The position numbers and the translations under genes were made by a program. The notes beneath the pieces are model-generated. The model saw only the letters and a list, made by a program, of their open reading frames with translations. It did no database searches and was not told where the DNA came from. A stretch of DNA of 64,000 nucleotides, from assembly GCA_963801605.1 (NCBI GenBank), contig CAWDFP010000006.1:512001-576000 (forward strand), given 5' to 3'. Numbering within the stretch: position 1 is the first letter of the stretch; every line of letters begins with the position of its first letter. Source of the stretch: an uncultured candidate division Zixibacteria bacterium. Its GTDB lineage: Bacteria > Zixibacteria > MSB-5A5 > UBA10806. Positions 40,725 to 52,106 of this stretch are shown here, piece after piece.

Positions 40725-42059
40725 TTAACCCTGTTTTTCGGCCATCTCCGGCTTTTGCGCTTTTAACGGAATCGGCTGCGTTTTCCGATTCATATTCCGA
40801 GGAAGAATAAGGCGGACAGCGCGTTCGAAGAAAAGATAATCCCAGGCCCAATTAATAAGAACCAGGATACGATTTCTAAAGCCGATCAATTCCGCGAGAT
40901 GGACTATTACCCAAAGTATCCAGGCCGGATATCCGGTGAATGTCCATCGACCAAGCTGGGCAACAGCCTTGTTGCGCCCGATTGTGGCCAGGTTGCCTTT
41001 ATCTCTATAATGAAACGGAAGAGTATCCTTACCGGCAATTTGACGGATAATATTCCTGGCGGCCGCCTGACCCGCCTGCATGGCAACTGGGGCGAGCATG
41101 GGCAGAGGTTTGCCTTCATGGCGAGACTGGGCGAGATCACCTATTATATAGACATGGCCATAGCCCGAGACTTCCAAGCCTGGTTCAACTATAACGGTAT
41201 TATTCTTTGCCAGCGGAAATCCCCATGATTGAGCGATCGGGTGTCCCATGACGCCAGCGGTCCAAATGATTGTTTCGGTTTCAATGGAATTACCGTCCTT
41301 AAAATGCAGTATTCCCCGATCCAAAGCGCTTACCATCGATTGCAAATGAACTTCAACACCCATTGAGCGCAGTCGTTTGAGGGAGTAATTTCGAAGATTC
41401 GCCGGGAAATTTGAAAGTAAGGCACTGGCGGCCTCAACTAAAATTACTCGCGTTTCATGAAGATCAAGTTGACGGAAATCGCGTCTTAAGGGGCCTTTGA
41501 TGAGTTCAATCAGCGCGCCGGCATATTCCACACCGGTCGGGCCGCCTCCTACGATAGCAAAAGTAAGAAGGCTTTTTCGTTTGCGTTCATCCCTTTCATG
41601 AATGGCACGTTCAAAACAGGAGAGGATATGGTTTCTCAGGGCGATTGCCTGTGTCATATCTTTTAGCGGGAAAGAATATTCGGCCGCTCCCGGCACCCCG
41701 AAAAAGTGGGAGACACTTCCAACGGCCAGGATCAGGTAATCATAGGGTATCATTAAACTATCTGCTGTTACAATATGTTTGGCAAGATCGATTCCGGTTA
41801 CCTCGCCCAATAGAAAATGAACATTGCTCCTCTTGCGAAAGATGGTGCGAACGGGGTATGCAATTTCCTCCGGTTCGATTTCGGCAGCCGCCACCTGATA
41901 TAACAGCGGTGAAAAGGTGTGATAGTTTTCGCGATCGATTAAAGTGATGTCAACCGGATGTCGGGCCAAAGCGCGAGCGGCGTAAAGCCCTCCAAAGCCC
42001 GCCCCTATAATTACTACTTTGGGTCTAATTCGCGAAAAGAGCGCATTATTATCTGCCAT
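40725..42059 (-). CDS. ndh: Type II NADH:quinone oxidoreductase
   Basis: IIGAGFGGL, FSPLLYQVA, VGGGPTGVE and YRDKGNLATIGR. Confidence 0.93.
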   Translation of the reverse strand: MADNNALFSRIRPKVVIIGAGFGGLYAARALARHPVDITLIDRENYHTFSPLLYQVAAAEIEPEEIAYPVRTIFRKRSNVHFLLGEVTGIDLAKHIVTADSLMIPYDYLILAVGSVSHFFGVPGAAEYSFPLKDMTQAIALRNHILSCFERAIHERDERKRKSLLTFAIVGGGPTGVEYAGALIELIKGPLRRDFRQLDLHETRVILVEAASALLSNFPANLRNYSLKRLRSMGVEVHLQSMVSALDRGILHFKDGNSIETETIIWTAGVMGHPIAQSWGFPLAKNNTVIVEPGLEVSGYGHVYIIGDLAQSRHEGKPLPMLAPVAMQAGQAAARNIIRQIAGKDTLPFHYRDKGNLATIGRNKAVAQLGRWTFTGYPAWILWVIVHLAELIGFRNRILVLINWAWDYLFFERAVRLILPRNMNRKTQPIPLKAQKPEMAEKQG

Positions 42060-42221
42060 AATAGTTTCCCCCGACAACGTCTGGCAACCGTAAAAGTCGA
42101 ATATTTCTGTTTCACAACAAAGCTTTTATAGCGCGGGTTCCTGCCGAAAAGCATGATGAAAACCTTCTAAATAGAGAACAATAGAGACGAAGAGATTATA
42201 GGAATTCAGAGGAAAGAGAAT

Positions 42222-42932
42222 TTAACTTTCGCCGAGGTAAGCTTTCCGGACCTGCTCGTTATGGGCGATATCGGATGACGGCCCCTCTAAGATAATATGG
42301 CCGGTTTCGAGAACATATCCGTAATGGGCAATTTTTAGGGCCAGGTGGGCGTTTTGTTCGACAAGCAGAATCGTCATTCCGAGTTCTTTGTTGATCTCGA
42401 CTATGGTGGCAAAAATTGCTTTTACGAGAATAGGCCCGATTCCAAGTGACGGCTCATCCAGAAGCAGCATCTTAGGACGAGCCATCAAGGCCCGTCCGAT
42501 AGCCAGCATCTGTTGTTCGCCGCCGGACAGGGTGCCGCCGGATTGCTTAAGGCGTTCTTTAAGACGAGGAAAAAGTACAAATACGCGCTCAAGATCGGTC
42601 GCAATCTCGCCTTTGTTTGATCGGGGGTAAGCGCCCATTTCAAGATTTTCTTTAACTGTGAGATTGGCAAATATCATCCGGCCTTCGGGGGCGTGTGAAA
42701 TTCCAGCCTTGACCACCTGGTGCGCCTGATGATTGGCAATTTCGGCGCCATTAAAATTTATCGAACCGGAAGAAACACGGATTAAACCTGATACCGCCCG
42801 AAGAAGAGTGCTCTTTCCGGCGCCATTGGCGCCGATCATCGTAACAATCTGGCCGGGCTTGACAGAGAGCGAAATCCCTTTCAGGGCTTCAATAGCCCCG
42901 TATTTTACATGAAGGCTCGATATTTCAAGCAT
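42222..42932 (-). CDS. livF: Branched-chain amino acid ABC transporter ATPase
   Basis: GANGAGKST, LSGGEQQML and LDEPSLG. Confidence 0.95.
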   Translation of the reverse strand: MLEISSLHVKYGAIEALKGISLSVKPGQIVTMIGANGAGKSTLLRAVSGLIRVSSGSINFNGAEIANHQAHQVVKAGISHAPEGRMIFANLTVKENLEMGAYPRSNKGEIATDLERVFVLFPRLKERLKQSGGTLSGGEQQMLAIGRALMARPKMLLLDEPSLGIGPILVKAIFATIVEINKELGMTILLVEQNAHLALKIAHYGYVLETGHIILEGPSSDIAHNEQVRKAYLGES

Positions 42933-42936
42933 GGCT

Positions 42937-43719
42937 TTAGCCCGCCGCCTCGTCCTGGACCTGTTCACCCAGATAGGCTTCGATTACTTTGGGATGTTTC
43001 TGGATTTGAGCGGGTGTTCCTTCGGCAATTTTAACACCATAATCCAGCACTTCCAGGCATTCGCAAATGCCCATGACGACTTTCATATCATGTTCGATTA
43101 AGAGAATTGCAATACCATACTTTTCGCGCACTGATTTTATCAAGCTCATCAGGGCAACTTTTTCGGAGGGATTCATGCCGGCCGCGGGCTCATCGAGAAG
43201 GAGAAGTTTTGGCCTGGTAGCCAGCGCTCGTACGATTTCAACCCGTCGTTGAAGGCCGTAGGGAAGCGAAGTCGCCATTTCATCCTTGGCATCAGTTAAA
43301 TTAAAAAACTCCAGAATTTCCATGATATCATGCTCGATCTTAATCTCGTCTTCACGAAAACTTCCGAATCGCGCAATGGCATGAGCAAAGCCGTATTTAA
43401 CATTTTTGTTAAATGCCACTTGTACGGTTTCATAAACGGTAAGGGACGGGAAAAGCCTGATATTCTGAAATGTCCGTGCGATTCCCAGCTTGGCAATCTG
43501 ATGCGCTTTAAGACCAACCAGGTCATGACCATCGAAAACGATTCGTCCTCCCGTGGGGTGATGCACTCCAGTGATCATGTTGAACACCGTGGTTTTACCA
43601 GCGCCGTTTGGGCCGATAAGACCCAAAAGATCGTTTGGTCCCAGGCAAAACGAAAGCTCGCAAACCGCTACAAGGCCGCCAAAATTCATCGTGCAGGATT
43701 CGAGCTTTAGAAGATCCAC
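42937..43719 (-). CDS. livG: Branched-chain amino acid ABC transporter ATPase
   Basis: GPNGAGKTT, ARTFQNIRLF and LDEPAAG. Confidence 0.95.
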   Translation of the reverse strand: MDLLKLESCTMNFGGLVAVCELSFCLGPNDLLGLIGPNGAGKTTVFNMITGVHHPTGGRIVFDGHDLVGLKAHQIAKLGIARTFQNIRLFPSLTVYETVQVAFNKNVKYGFAHAIARFGSFREDEIKIEHDIMEILEFFNLTDAKDEMATSLPYGLQRRVEIVRALATRPKLLLLDEPAAGMNPSEKVALMSLIKSVREKYGIAILLIEHDMKVVMGICECLEVLDYGVKIAEGTPAQIQKHPKVIEAYLGEQVQDEAAG

Positions 43720-44180
43720 TACTGATCCTCCGCTTTTTCAAGGCTCTTAGCCTTTTCAGGGTGACGAAACAGCAACGCCCCCAATCCGGCCAGAAACAAG
43801 CCCAGGATTGTACCGAAAGCCCCAAGCTTGAGCTCAAAACCAATCATTTTTCCGGGGATATAAAAAGGAATATCGGGGTTGAGCGCCACGGTGATATATT
43901 TATAAGCGATAGTTCCGATAGCCAGAAATGATGCTCCCAGAAATACGTAACGCGACTTATGCGCTTTGCCCAAATATTTTAAGATTACAAATGCCAAGAG
44001 CATGAGCACCGCTGCGCCCAGAACGATATAGAGGGCGCCTCCCATATCAGAGCCGCGGAGAAGCATCTTTTTTGTGCCGCAGGAAACCCTCAACCATGGC
44101 AGAAAAAAGCAGATTATTACAATCCCGGCTCCGGCGGGAGATAGTATCTCATGTGATTTCGGTTTTAGTGATGACGCCAC
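43719..44180 (-). CDS. Hypothetical 4-TM membrane protein inside the liv operon
   Basis: CFFLPWL motif; hydrophobic segments; overlaps both neighbours. Confidence 0.7.
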   Translation of the reverse strand: MASSLKPKSHEILSPAGAGIVIICFFLPWLRVSCGTKKMLLRGSDMGGALYIVLGAAVLMLLAFVILKYLGKAHKSRYVFLGASFLAIGTIAYKYITVALNPDIPFYIPGKMIGFELKLGAFGTILGLFLAGLGALLFRHPEKAKSLEKAEDQ

Positions 44181-45102
44181 TTCGCCTGGTCCTCTTTCGT
44201 GTAAACAATCCCTGCGGTCGAGTGATCATGATGATGATAAGCAATAGAGAATAGATAACCATTCGGTACTGCGCGACACTGCGCAGCGCCTCGGGAAGAA
44301 TTGTAAGCAGAATGGCCGATAAGATCACTCCGACTATGCTTCCCATTCCGCCAATAATTACCATGACCACGATTTCAAACGATTTCAAGAAACTGAATTG
44401 CTGCGGGTTGATATAGGTTACAAAATGGGCATACAATCCGCCCGCAATTCCCGCAAAAAAAGCTCCGGTAATAAAAGCCACTACCTTGACTTTGGTGGAG
44501 CTGATACCAACCGCCTCCGCAGCAATTTCATCGTCGCGTACAGCCAGGAATGCCTTGCCGTATGTTGAGTTGATAAGATTGTAGATCAGAAAAATGACCG
44601 CGGCTACAGTTGCAAATACCCAAAAAGAATTGGATAGCTTGGGGATTCCGGTAAAGCCTCGGGCGGCGCCCAGGAAATCGAGATTTTGAATTATTACCCG
44701 GATAATCTCACCAAAGCCCAGGGTCGTTATTGCCAGGTAATCTCCTTTTAGGCGCAAGGTAGGAATTCCCACAAAGAGTCCGAAAATAGCGGCCATTGAA
44801 CCAGCAAGTAATAGCGCCAGGGCGTAAGCGGGAATTGCAAATACGGAGCCAGAACTCAGTCCCATACCGCGAGTAATAACCGCCGAGGTATAGGCTCCAA
44901 TCGCCATAAATCCGGCATGTCCAAGCGAAAACTGCCCGGCAAATCCGTTGATAAGGTTAAGGCTCGAAGCTAAAATGATATTAATTCCAATATATATAAT
45001 GATCTGAAAGTAGTAGGCATTGATCTTTCCCTCGAATACGGTGGCGATGGCGCTGAACGCCACTGCCCCCAAAAACAAGAGAATAGATTTATTAGCTTTC
45101 AT
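44149..45102 (-). CDS. livM: Branched-chain amino acid ABC transporter permease
   Basis: GQFSLGHAGF; RLKGDYLAITTLGFGEI. Confidence 0.95.
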   Translation of the reverse strand: MKANKSILLFLGAVAFSAIATVFEGKINAYYFQIIIYIGINIILASSLNLINGFAGQFSLGHAGFMAIGAYTSAVITRGMGLSSGSVFAIPAYALALLLAGSMAAIFGLFVGIPTLRLKGDYLAITTLGFGEIIRVIIQNLDFLGAARGFTGIPKLSNSFWVFATVAAVIFLIYNLINSTYGKAFLAVRDDEIAAEAVGISSTKVKVVAFITGAFFAGIAGGLYAHFVTYINPQQFSFLKSFEIVVMVIIGGMGSIVGVILSAILLTILPEALRSVAQYRMVIYSLLLIIIMITRPQGLFTRKRTRRSGVITKTEIT

Positions 45103-46005
45103 ACTTTCTCCGGATCGTTTCGTCCGAGGATTCCAGATGGTTTAAAAAGCAGGATGAGTATCAAAATTAAAAATACAATAGCGTCACGGAAAGTTGGCGA
45201 GATATATCCCACTACAAACGTTTCGGTGAGGCCGATGATCAGGCCGCCCAATGCGGCTCCGGCGAGGTTTCCGATCCCTCCTAAAACAGCGGCCACAAAA
45301 GCTTTCAGGCCGGGGAATATTCCCATGAGAGGATCGATCTTGGGATAAACCGATGAGTACAGAACCGAGGCCGCCGCCGCCAGGCTTGAACCAAGAATGA
45401 AAGTAAACGATATCACCGTATCGATATTAATCCCCATCAGGCTGGCCGCCCGATGATTAAATGACACGGCGCGCATGGCGGTCCCCATCTTGGTGCCGTA
45501 GACGATGAATCGTAGCAAAACCATCAGAGCAAAAGCGGTGACAATAACTACAATTGAGTTGGTGCCGATCACCAGGTGTTCGGTATTGACGACTGCGCTC
45601 GATGGAATCAGCTTGGGGAATAACTTTGGGTCAGGTCCGAAAACGAGCTGGCCGCCATATTCCAGGAAAAATGAAACGCCAATAGCGGTGATCAGGACTG
45701 TCAGCTTGGGGCGGGAGCGCAGCGGACGATAGGCCAGTTTTTCGATTGTTACGCCCAAGTACCGAGCAGCCGATCATGGCTATAATCAAAACTGCAAAGG
45801 CGGTTACTATGAGGTTGCCACCGAAAAGCGGGACGAGCCTGGGGGTCAGGTAGAAACCGATAAATGATCCCACCATAAAAACGTCACCATGCGCAAAATT
45901 GATAAAGCGCAGGATGCCGTAAATCATGGTATAGCCCAGGGCTATAAGAGCGTAAATGCTCCCCAGGGAGATGCCGTTAATTATCTGTTGAAGTAACTCG
46001 CTCAT
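45099..46005 (-). CDS. livH: Branched-chain amino acid ABC transporter permease (apparent frameshift near 45755)
   Basis: GSIYALIALGYTMIYG..NFAHG; KAFVAAVLGGIG. Confidence 0.93.
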
Positions 46006-46021
46006 GAAATCTTTTTGCGAG

Positions 46022-47162
46022 TTATGGCTCTATCGTTTCCTTGTAATGCGTCTTGTTGTCTCGAACTTCGATAATGACCACAGACTTCCTGGCGTTGCGC
46101 TCGGGATCGATTGTGATCTTTCCGGTAACGCCCATGTAATTTTTGGTGGCCGCAAGAGCATCACGAAGGGCCGGGCCATCGGTTGTGCCGGCACGGGAAA
46201 TGGCATCGAATAAAAGATGTGCGGCATCATAACCTAATGCGCCCATGGCATCAGGTAGCTCGCCGGGGAATTTCGCCTGATACTTGGCATTGAAATCGCG
46301 CACCAGGGCACTGGTATCGTCTGCGGCATAATGAGTGCTATAAAAACAGCCGTTCAAGGCCTCGCCGCCGATCTCGGTGAGCTTCGAGGAATCCCAGCCA
46401 TCGCCGCCGATGAATGGAACGGTCAAATTAAGCTCTCGTCCCTGCTTTACTATCAGGGCTGCCTCAGTGTAGTAACCGGGGACGAAGACTGCCTCGGGTC
46501 CGGCCGCTTTGAGTGCCGTAAGCTGGGCCTTGAAATCGCTGTCGCCCTCGCTGTATGCCTGGGTGGCAACAACCGTCCCGCCGAGCTTAGTGAAGGTCTC
46601 CTCAAAATATTGAGCTAAACCTATCGAATAATCATTTTTAACATCTTTAAGAATTGCGACTTTCTTTAGATCCAAGCGAATTGAACGCAAATTTGGCCAG
46701 GACCTCGCCCTGGAAAGGATCTATGTAACAAACTCTGAATATGTAATCGCCTTTTCTGGTCACCTCGGGGTTGGTGGATGCCGGGCTAACCATGGGGATG
46801 CTATTGCTCTGGCAGATTGGAGCCGCGGCCAGGCTTCGCGATGATGCCACCTCGCCGATCACCGCCTTGACATTGTCACGGGTGATAAGCTTGGTAACCG
46901 CAGTCGCCGCCTCTTCGGGCTTGGACTGGTCGTCTTCGGTGACAAGTTTGATCTGCTTGCCAAGCACTCCGCCCGCCTGATTGGTTTCCTCGACTGCCAA
47001 TAGATAGCCCGTGATGGGTCGATTGCCCGAAGGTGGCCGTGGTACCGGTAAGAGAGCTAAATTCCCCTATGGGTATCTCGTTTTTATTGCTTGTCCCCGC
47101 CGCAACTCAGAGCGACAATACCGACTATCGTGACTATCGATAACTAAGATGGATTTTTTCAT
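46022..47162 (-). CDS. livK: Branched-chain amino acid-binding lipoprotein (several apparent frameshifts)
   Basis: GGVLGKQIKLVTEDDQSKPEE, GEVASSRS, FRVCYIDPFQG and GGDGWD; lipobox LSC near the start. Confidence 0.88.
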
Positions 47163-47365
47163 TTTTTGCCTATCCTGCCAAGCGTTTTTTGTGTTTGAAG
47201 ATATGCCCAAATCACCCATGTTGTCAAGGTTCGTCTCTCTATACCGGTATAATAAATTGACTCCTTTGCCATATCGTTTTTTTTGTGGACAAGCGCTGAT
47301 ATGGACCTTAAATTCCCGAAACGGCAGATTAAACAGTAATCAGTCTTAATAAGGAGCTGAGATAA

Positions 47366-48265
47366 ATGAATACCAAACTGCTCTTTCTTCAAACCCGGCC
47401 GAACTTTCTATTGCTTTCGCCGATTCTGGTTTTTCTGGGTATGGCGATCTCATTAGACGGCACAAAATTCGACATGCCCGCATTCATACTGTCCGTCGTC
47501 GGGCTGACGCTTCTGCATGCCAGCGTAGATTGCCTCAACAACTACAGCGATTATAAAACCGGAATCGATTTTAAGGTCACCCGCACCCCATTCTCCGGAG
47601 GCTCCGGCCTTCCGGCCGCAGACAAAGAAACAGTCAGGGCAACCTTTTGGCTCGGCCTGATGACTTTCTTTCTCGCCGTGCCGATAGGAATCTATTTTAT
47701 AATAACGCGCGGCCTGGTTCTGCTTCCAATCTTCATAGTAGGCGGAGCATTCGTACTCTGGTATACAACCCATTTCGCAAAAATTGGCTGGGGCTCTGCT
47801 GAGATCGTGGCAGGCTTGGGTTTGGGAACACTTCCTGTTCTTGGCACTTATTTGATAATGGCCGGCAAGTTCAGCTGGATAGCCCTGTACGCCTCGGTGC
47901 CATCGGGATTTCTGGTTTTCAATCTCCTCCATCTCAACGAATTCCCCGACGCCGACGCTGACCGCACCGGCGGCCGCAAAACAATTCCAATTCAGTTCGG
48001 GCACAAGACTGCCGGGATCGTTTATTCGACGTTGATCATCTTAACATATCTCTGGATCATCGTAGGCGTTATTTTCCGTCTCATGCCTGCCTGGACACTT
48101 CTAGCTCTTCTAACTTTGCCAATTGGTTTCAAGGCTATTAAAGGCTCGCTCTCGTTTAAATCGTTTCCGGAACTCATCCCGTCTCAGGGAGCCAATATTA
48201 TTACGGTTCTTTCGATTCAATTCCTGATGGGCGTGGGGTATCTGATCGCGTATTTTACAAAGTGA
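47366..48265 (+). CDS. menA: UbiA-family prenyltransferase, MenA-like (DHNA polyprenyltransferase)
   Basis: TRPNFL, NNYSDYKTGID, TPFSGGS and NEFPDADADRTGGRKT. Confidence 0.8.
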   Translation: MNTKLLFLQTRPNFLLLSPILVFLGMAISLDGTKFDMPAFILSVVGLTLLHASVDCLNNYSDYKTGIDFKVTRTPFSGGSGLPAADKETVRATFWLGLMTFFLAVPIGIYFIITRGLVLLPIFIVGGAFVLWYTTHFAKIGWGSAEIVAGLGLGTLPVLGTYLIMAGKFSWIALYASVPSGFLVFNLLHLNEFPDADADRTGGRKTIPIQFGHKTAGIVYSTLIILTYLWIIVGVIFRLMPAWTLLALLTLPIGFKAIKGSLSFKSFPELIPSQGANIITVLSIQFLMGVGYLIAYFTK

Positions 48266-48289
48266 CTGGAAAACGCTTCAATAACGACT

Positions 48290-48901
48290 ATGGAATCGGA
48301 ACTGCACAATAAGGCTCTCGGGCTATCATATTTCACTGTAGTATATAATATTTTCGAGGGGCTGGCGTCGGTGATTTTCGGAGCCGCGGCGGGAAGTTTC
48401 GCATTAATTGGTTTTGGGCTTGATAGTTTTATCGAATCTTTTTCAGGCGGGGTGATGATCTGGAGATTTGGGCGGCGCGGCAAAATCTCGCACGAAGAAG
48501 AGGAGCGAATAGAGCAGCGCGCCATAAAATTGGTGGCTTTTGCCTTTTATATTTTAGGGGCTTATGTACTGTTTGAATCGCTGAAAAATCTTTACCTAAG
48601 AGAACATCCAGAACACAGTCTGGCCGGAATAATTATCGCGATAGTATCGTTGATTGTCATGCCGGCACTTTTCTTTGCCAAGCGCAGGACGGGAAAGGCA
48701 ATTAAAAGTAAAAGCCTTCTGGCTGACTCCAAACAGACCCTGGGATGTATGATGCTTTCCGCGGTGTTGTTGATCGGTCTGGGCCTAAATTATCTTTGGG
48801 GATTTTGGTGGGCAGACCCGCTGGCCAGCGCGGTTATTGCGATTCTACTCTTGAGGGAAGGTTATAAAACCTACCGCGAACGCGAATTGTGCGAGTGCTG
48901 A
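48290..48901 (+). CDS. Cation efflux (CDF-like) transporter, TM domain only
   Basis: SFALIGFGLDSFIE, LLADSKQT and WWADPLA. Confidence 0.85.
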   Translation: MESELHNKALGLSYFTVVYNIFEGLASVIFGAAAGSFALIGFGLDSFIESFSGGVMIWRFGRRGKISHEEEERIEQRAIKLVAFAFYILGAYVLFESLKNLYLREHPEHSLAGIIIAIVSLIVMPALFFAKRRTGKAIKSKSLLADSKQTLGCMMLSAVLLIGLGLNYLWGFWWADPLASAVIAILLLREGYKTYRERELCEC

Positions 48902-49033
48902 TTTAATCAATATAGATATAAGAATAGCCGGCAATTTTATTTAGGAAGCCGAGGACGGTTACCACCCGATTAAATATATGAATTATACCGTCAGATTCGG
49001 GAGCTGATGGCACATTACATTCATTTCCTAAAA

Positions 49034-49073
49034 TAAAAAAGGTGCGGTCACAATAAATTGCAACACGCACCTT
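49034..49073 (-). terminator. Terminator downstream of secF
   Basis: AAGGTGCG...CGCACCTT with an upstream A-tract (U-tract on the minus strand). Confidence 0.65.
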
Positions 49074-49094
49074 AATACTTTAATTCTTTGAGTT

Positions 49095-50082
49095 CTACTT
49101 CACTCGTCTCGGAGAGCGATTTTCCCACTCCACGATAATCGGGCTGGCTACGAAAACCGAACTGTAAGTACCAATTACGATTCCAATCGTCAGCGCCAGA
49201 GCGAAATCGAAAAGCACTTCGCCGCCGAAAACCAGAATCGAAAGAACCGCCAGCTGGGTAGTAACCGAGGTGATAACAGTTCTCGAAAGCACCTCGTTGA
49301 TTGATATATTAACCGTCGTCATAAAATCGGAGCGTTTGCGGAATTGCTTCAAATTTTCCCGGATACGGTCGAATACCACAACGGTATCGGTCAGCGAATA
49401 ACCGGCGATCGTCAGGAGCGCGGTGATTAGAAGCAAGCTAATTTCGCGGTGTAGAATAAAATATATTCCCAGCATCGCTAAAACGTCATGGAAAGTTGCA
49501 ATTGTTGCCGCCACACCGAATCGGAAATCAAACCGGACCCAGATATAAACCAGGATTCCCAGGAATGCGAATATCACCGCCCAGGTCGCATCTTTGGCCA
49601 ATTGCTTTCCGACTTTGCCGCTGATATTATTGGTGGAATCAAGCTTGAAAGGGTTATCTTTAAAATGCTGGTTGATAGCGTCCTTAAGAAGAGTGGCCAG
49701 CTTATCGCCCTCGGCAGCGACCATGTTTACTATGGGCTTTCCCTGCTCGGTAAAGGTTGTTTCGGCGATAGCGTTTTCAATGCGTCCCTGGACCCTGATG
49801 ATGAAGGCGTTTTGTTGGCTGCCTCCGGTGACCGCCTGAATGACTGGCCTTACCATAGCCGACCTCATCGAGGGCTGAGCGTACCTGTTGGGCCGTAACC
49901 GGTTTTTCGAAATTGCCGATAATTTCGGCGCCACCGGTGAAATCCAGACCCAGATTCGCCTTTCCCATGAGTATCAACGCAAAGGAGACTATCCCCAAAA
50001 TCACCAGTACGCTCGAAAAGAAAAAAGCGTATTTTCGGTTACCGATGAAATTAATGTTGGTTTCGTGTAATATCCTTATCAT
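49095..50082 (-). CDS. secF: Protein translocase subunit SecF (apparent frameshift near 49840)
   Basis: LGLDFTGG; GYSLTDTVVVFDRIRE; GTYSSVFVASP. Confidence 0.93.
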
Positions 50083-50096
50083 GTCAATCTACTCCG

Positions 50097-51789
50097 TCAA
50101 ATGGAAAGGCTCTTATATTGTTTGCGCAGATCGAACACCGTCTTGGTAACGAAAATAGCGGTGAACAGCGAAAGAAGAATTCCAACCGACAAGCGTAACC
50201 GCAAATCCCTTGATCGTACCGGAACCGAAGACGAAGAGGAATAGCGCGGTAATAAGGGTCGTTACGTGAGAGTCGATAACGGTCAGCAGGGCTCGGTCAT
50301 AACCGGCATCGATGGCGGCTCGGACAGTTTTCCCGGTACGCAACTCCTCTCTGATCCTTTCGAAAATCAGGACGTTGGAGTCGACCGACATACCCACAGT
50401 TAGAATTATTCCCGCTATACCCGGCATGGTCAAGGTTGAGTTGACCCCCGGTATGACCATGAAGGCTAATATGAAGAAGCGTATTTAAGCACCACCGCCA
50501 TATCTGCGATCAGGCCTGAAATTTTATAATAGATGGCCATAAAAATCACGACCAGAAGAATGCCAATGAAAGAAGCTGTTTTACCTTTATTGATCGAATC
50601 CTGGCCCAGGGCCGGTCCGATGACCGTGCTCTGCAGAATTTCGACATTGGCTGGCAGGGCGCCGGCTTTAAGCAACGTGGCCAGCAGGTAGGCATCGCTG
50701 ATAGTAGCATTGCCGCCCATCGTGATCTGGCCGCTCTTGGTGATGCGCGACTGAATCTTGGGAGCCGATTCAACGCGATCGTCGATGATAATCGCCAGTG
50801 GGTCGCCAATATGCTTGCCGGTCAGGCTGGCAAATCGACGAGCGCCGTCGGTATCAAGTTCAAAAAGAACGACCGGTTGACGCATCTGATCGTAGCTTTC
50901 GCGCACCGATACCAGTGATTCACCGGTCATCTCGATATTTTTATTGACTACATAAAGCTGCTGGAATTGACGGTCACCGCGTTTTTCCGGACGAGTGGCC
51001 CAGGCAAATTGATAGTTGGATGGGATGACTTGTTGAACTTCGGGCGAAGCGAGAAATTTTTCGACTTTGTAGAAATCCTCCATGGTCACGTAGTAGGACA
51101 TGCCGCTGCAATCCAAGAAGCGAGGAGAACGGATGTTTGGCAATCTCATCATCCTCTGACGCTATCTGACTGGTATCTTTTGATTCCTGTCCGAACAGAT
51201 TGGAGGCCGCCTTGGAGGTCGAGTCCGCCTTATTGGTAGCCAGATTAGCGGCCGTTTCGGTAGTTTTGGCTGAAGTACCTGCAGGCTTGTTAGCCGAAGC
51301 CGACAAGGCCAATACCGAATCAATTTCGGCTATTAGCTTTCTGGGTCTCATCCGGCGATCTGCAGAAGCTTAAACTGCAACTGGGCAGTGCTTCCGATGA
51401 GCGCTTTAGCGGTATCGATATCGGTGTAGCCTGGCAGATCGACTACGATTTGGTCGATTCCCGATTTGACGATCTCAGGCTCGGTGATACCGTACTTGTC
51501 GACTCTGATCCTGATTTTCTCCAGCACCTGATCCTGAACATTGCTGGTGATTTCGCCTCCCCGGGGGTTTTCTACCTGCAAGACCATGTGAACTCCGCCC
51601 TGCAAATCCAGCCCCAGTCGCATGGCCCGGCTCTTAAGCGAATAGAATCTGGCCGGATCGCTTATCTTGAGCTGCGGCTTGTTGCTGACGGTCCATGGAA
51701 TAGAACACGAACGTGGGGTAGAGAAGCACGAGAGCCACTACAAGCGCCACCGCGATCACGACTATCCAGCTAATTTGTCCTCTTCTCAT
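50097..51789 (-). CDS. secD: Protein translocase subunit SecD (multiple apparent frameshifts)
   Basis: [42 protein letters not shown]; ends KQYKSLSI*. Confidence 0.92.
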
Positions 51790-52032
51790 TCTCCAGTCTC
51801 CCAAACGGTAATTGCCTAAGAGTTTTTAATACAGACCGGAAATATAAACGTAATTGCCCGAATGTCAATAATTTTCGTGTGGCCTTATACTTAAATGCAA
51901 GCCCTGCAATTCATTAAAGTTTTGGGCGGGATTTAGTAGGCAACGGTTCTACATACGATAAATAATAGAATGCATCAGACAGTTCAACATCCGGCGGGTG
52001 CCCCGAGCACTCCCCAGGGATTAACATGCAAT

Positions 52033-52068
52033 TATTATTATTGACATAATAATAGATTGTTATATCTT
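52033..52068 (+). promoter_or_regulatory. Sigma70 promoter with inverted repeat TATTATTA-[TTGACA]-TAATAATA
   Basis: Perfect -35 at 52041, -10-like TATCTT at 52063, 8-bp inverted arms around the -35. Confidence 0.55.
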
Positions 52069-52106
52069 GTATCAGCTAAATCATGAATTAATCTTCGGAG
52101 GTGTCT

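Noticed and set aside
47366..48265. UbiA-family gene as the DGGGP synthase partner of GGGPS
   Set aside because: Motifs (DYKTGID, TPFSGGS, D..GGRKT) are MenA-like, and the D..N.P.RPIPSG signature is missing
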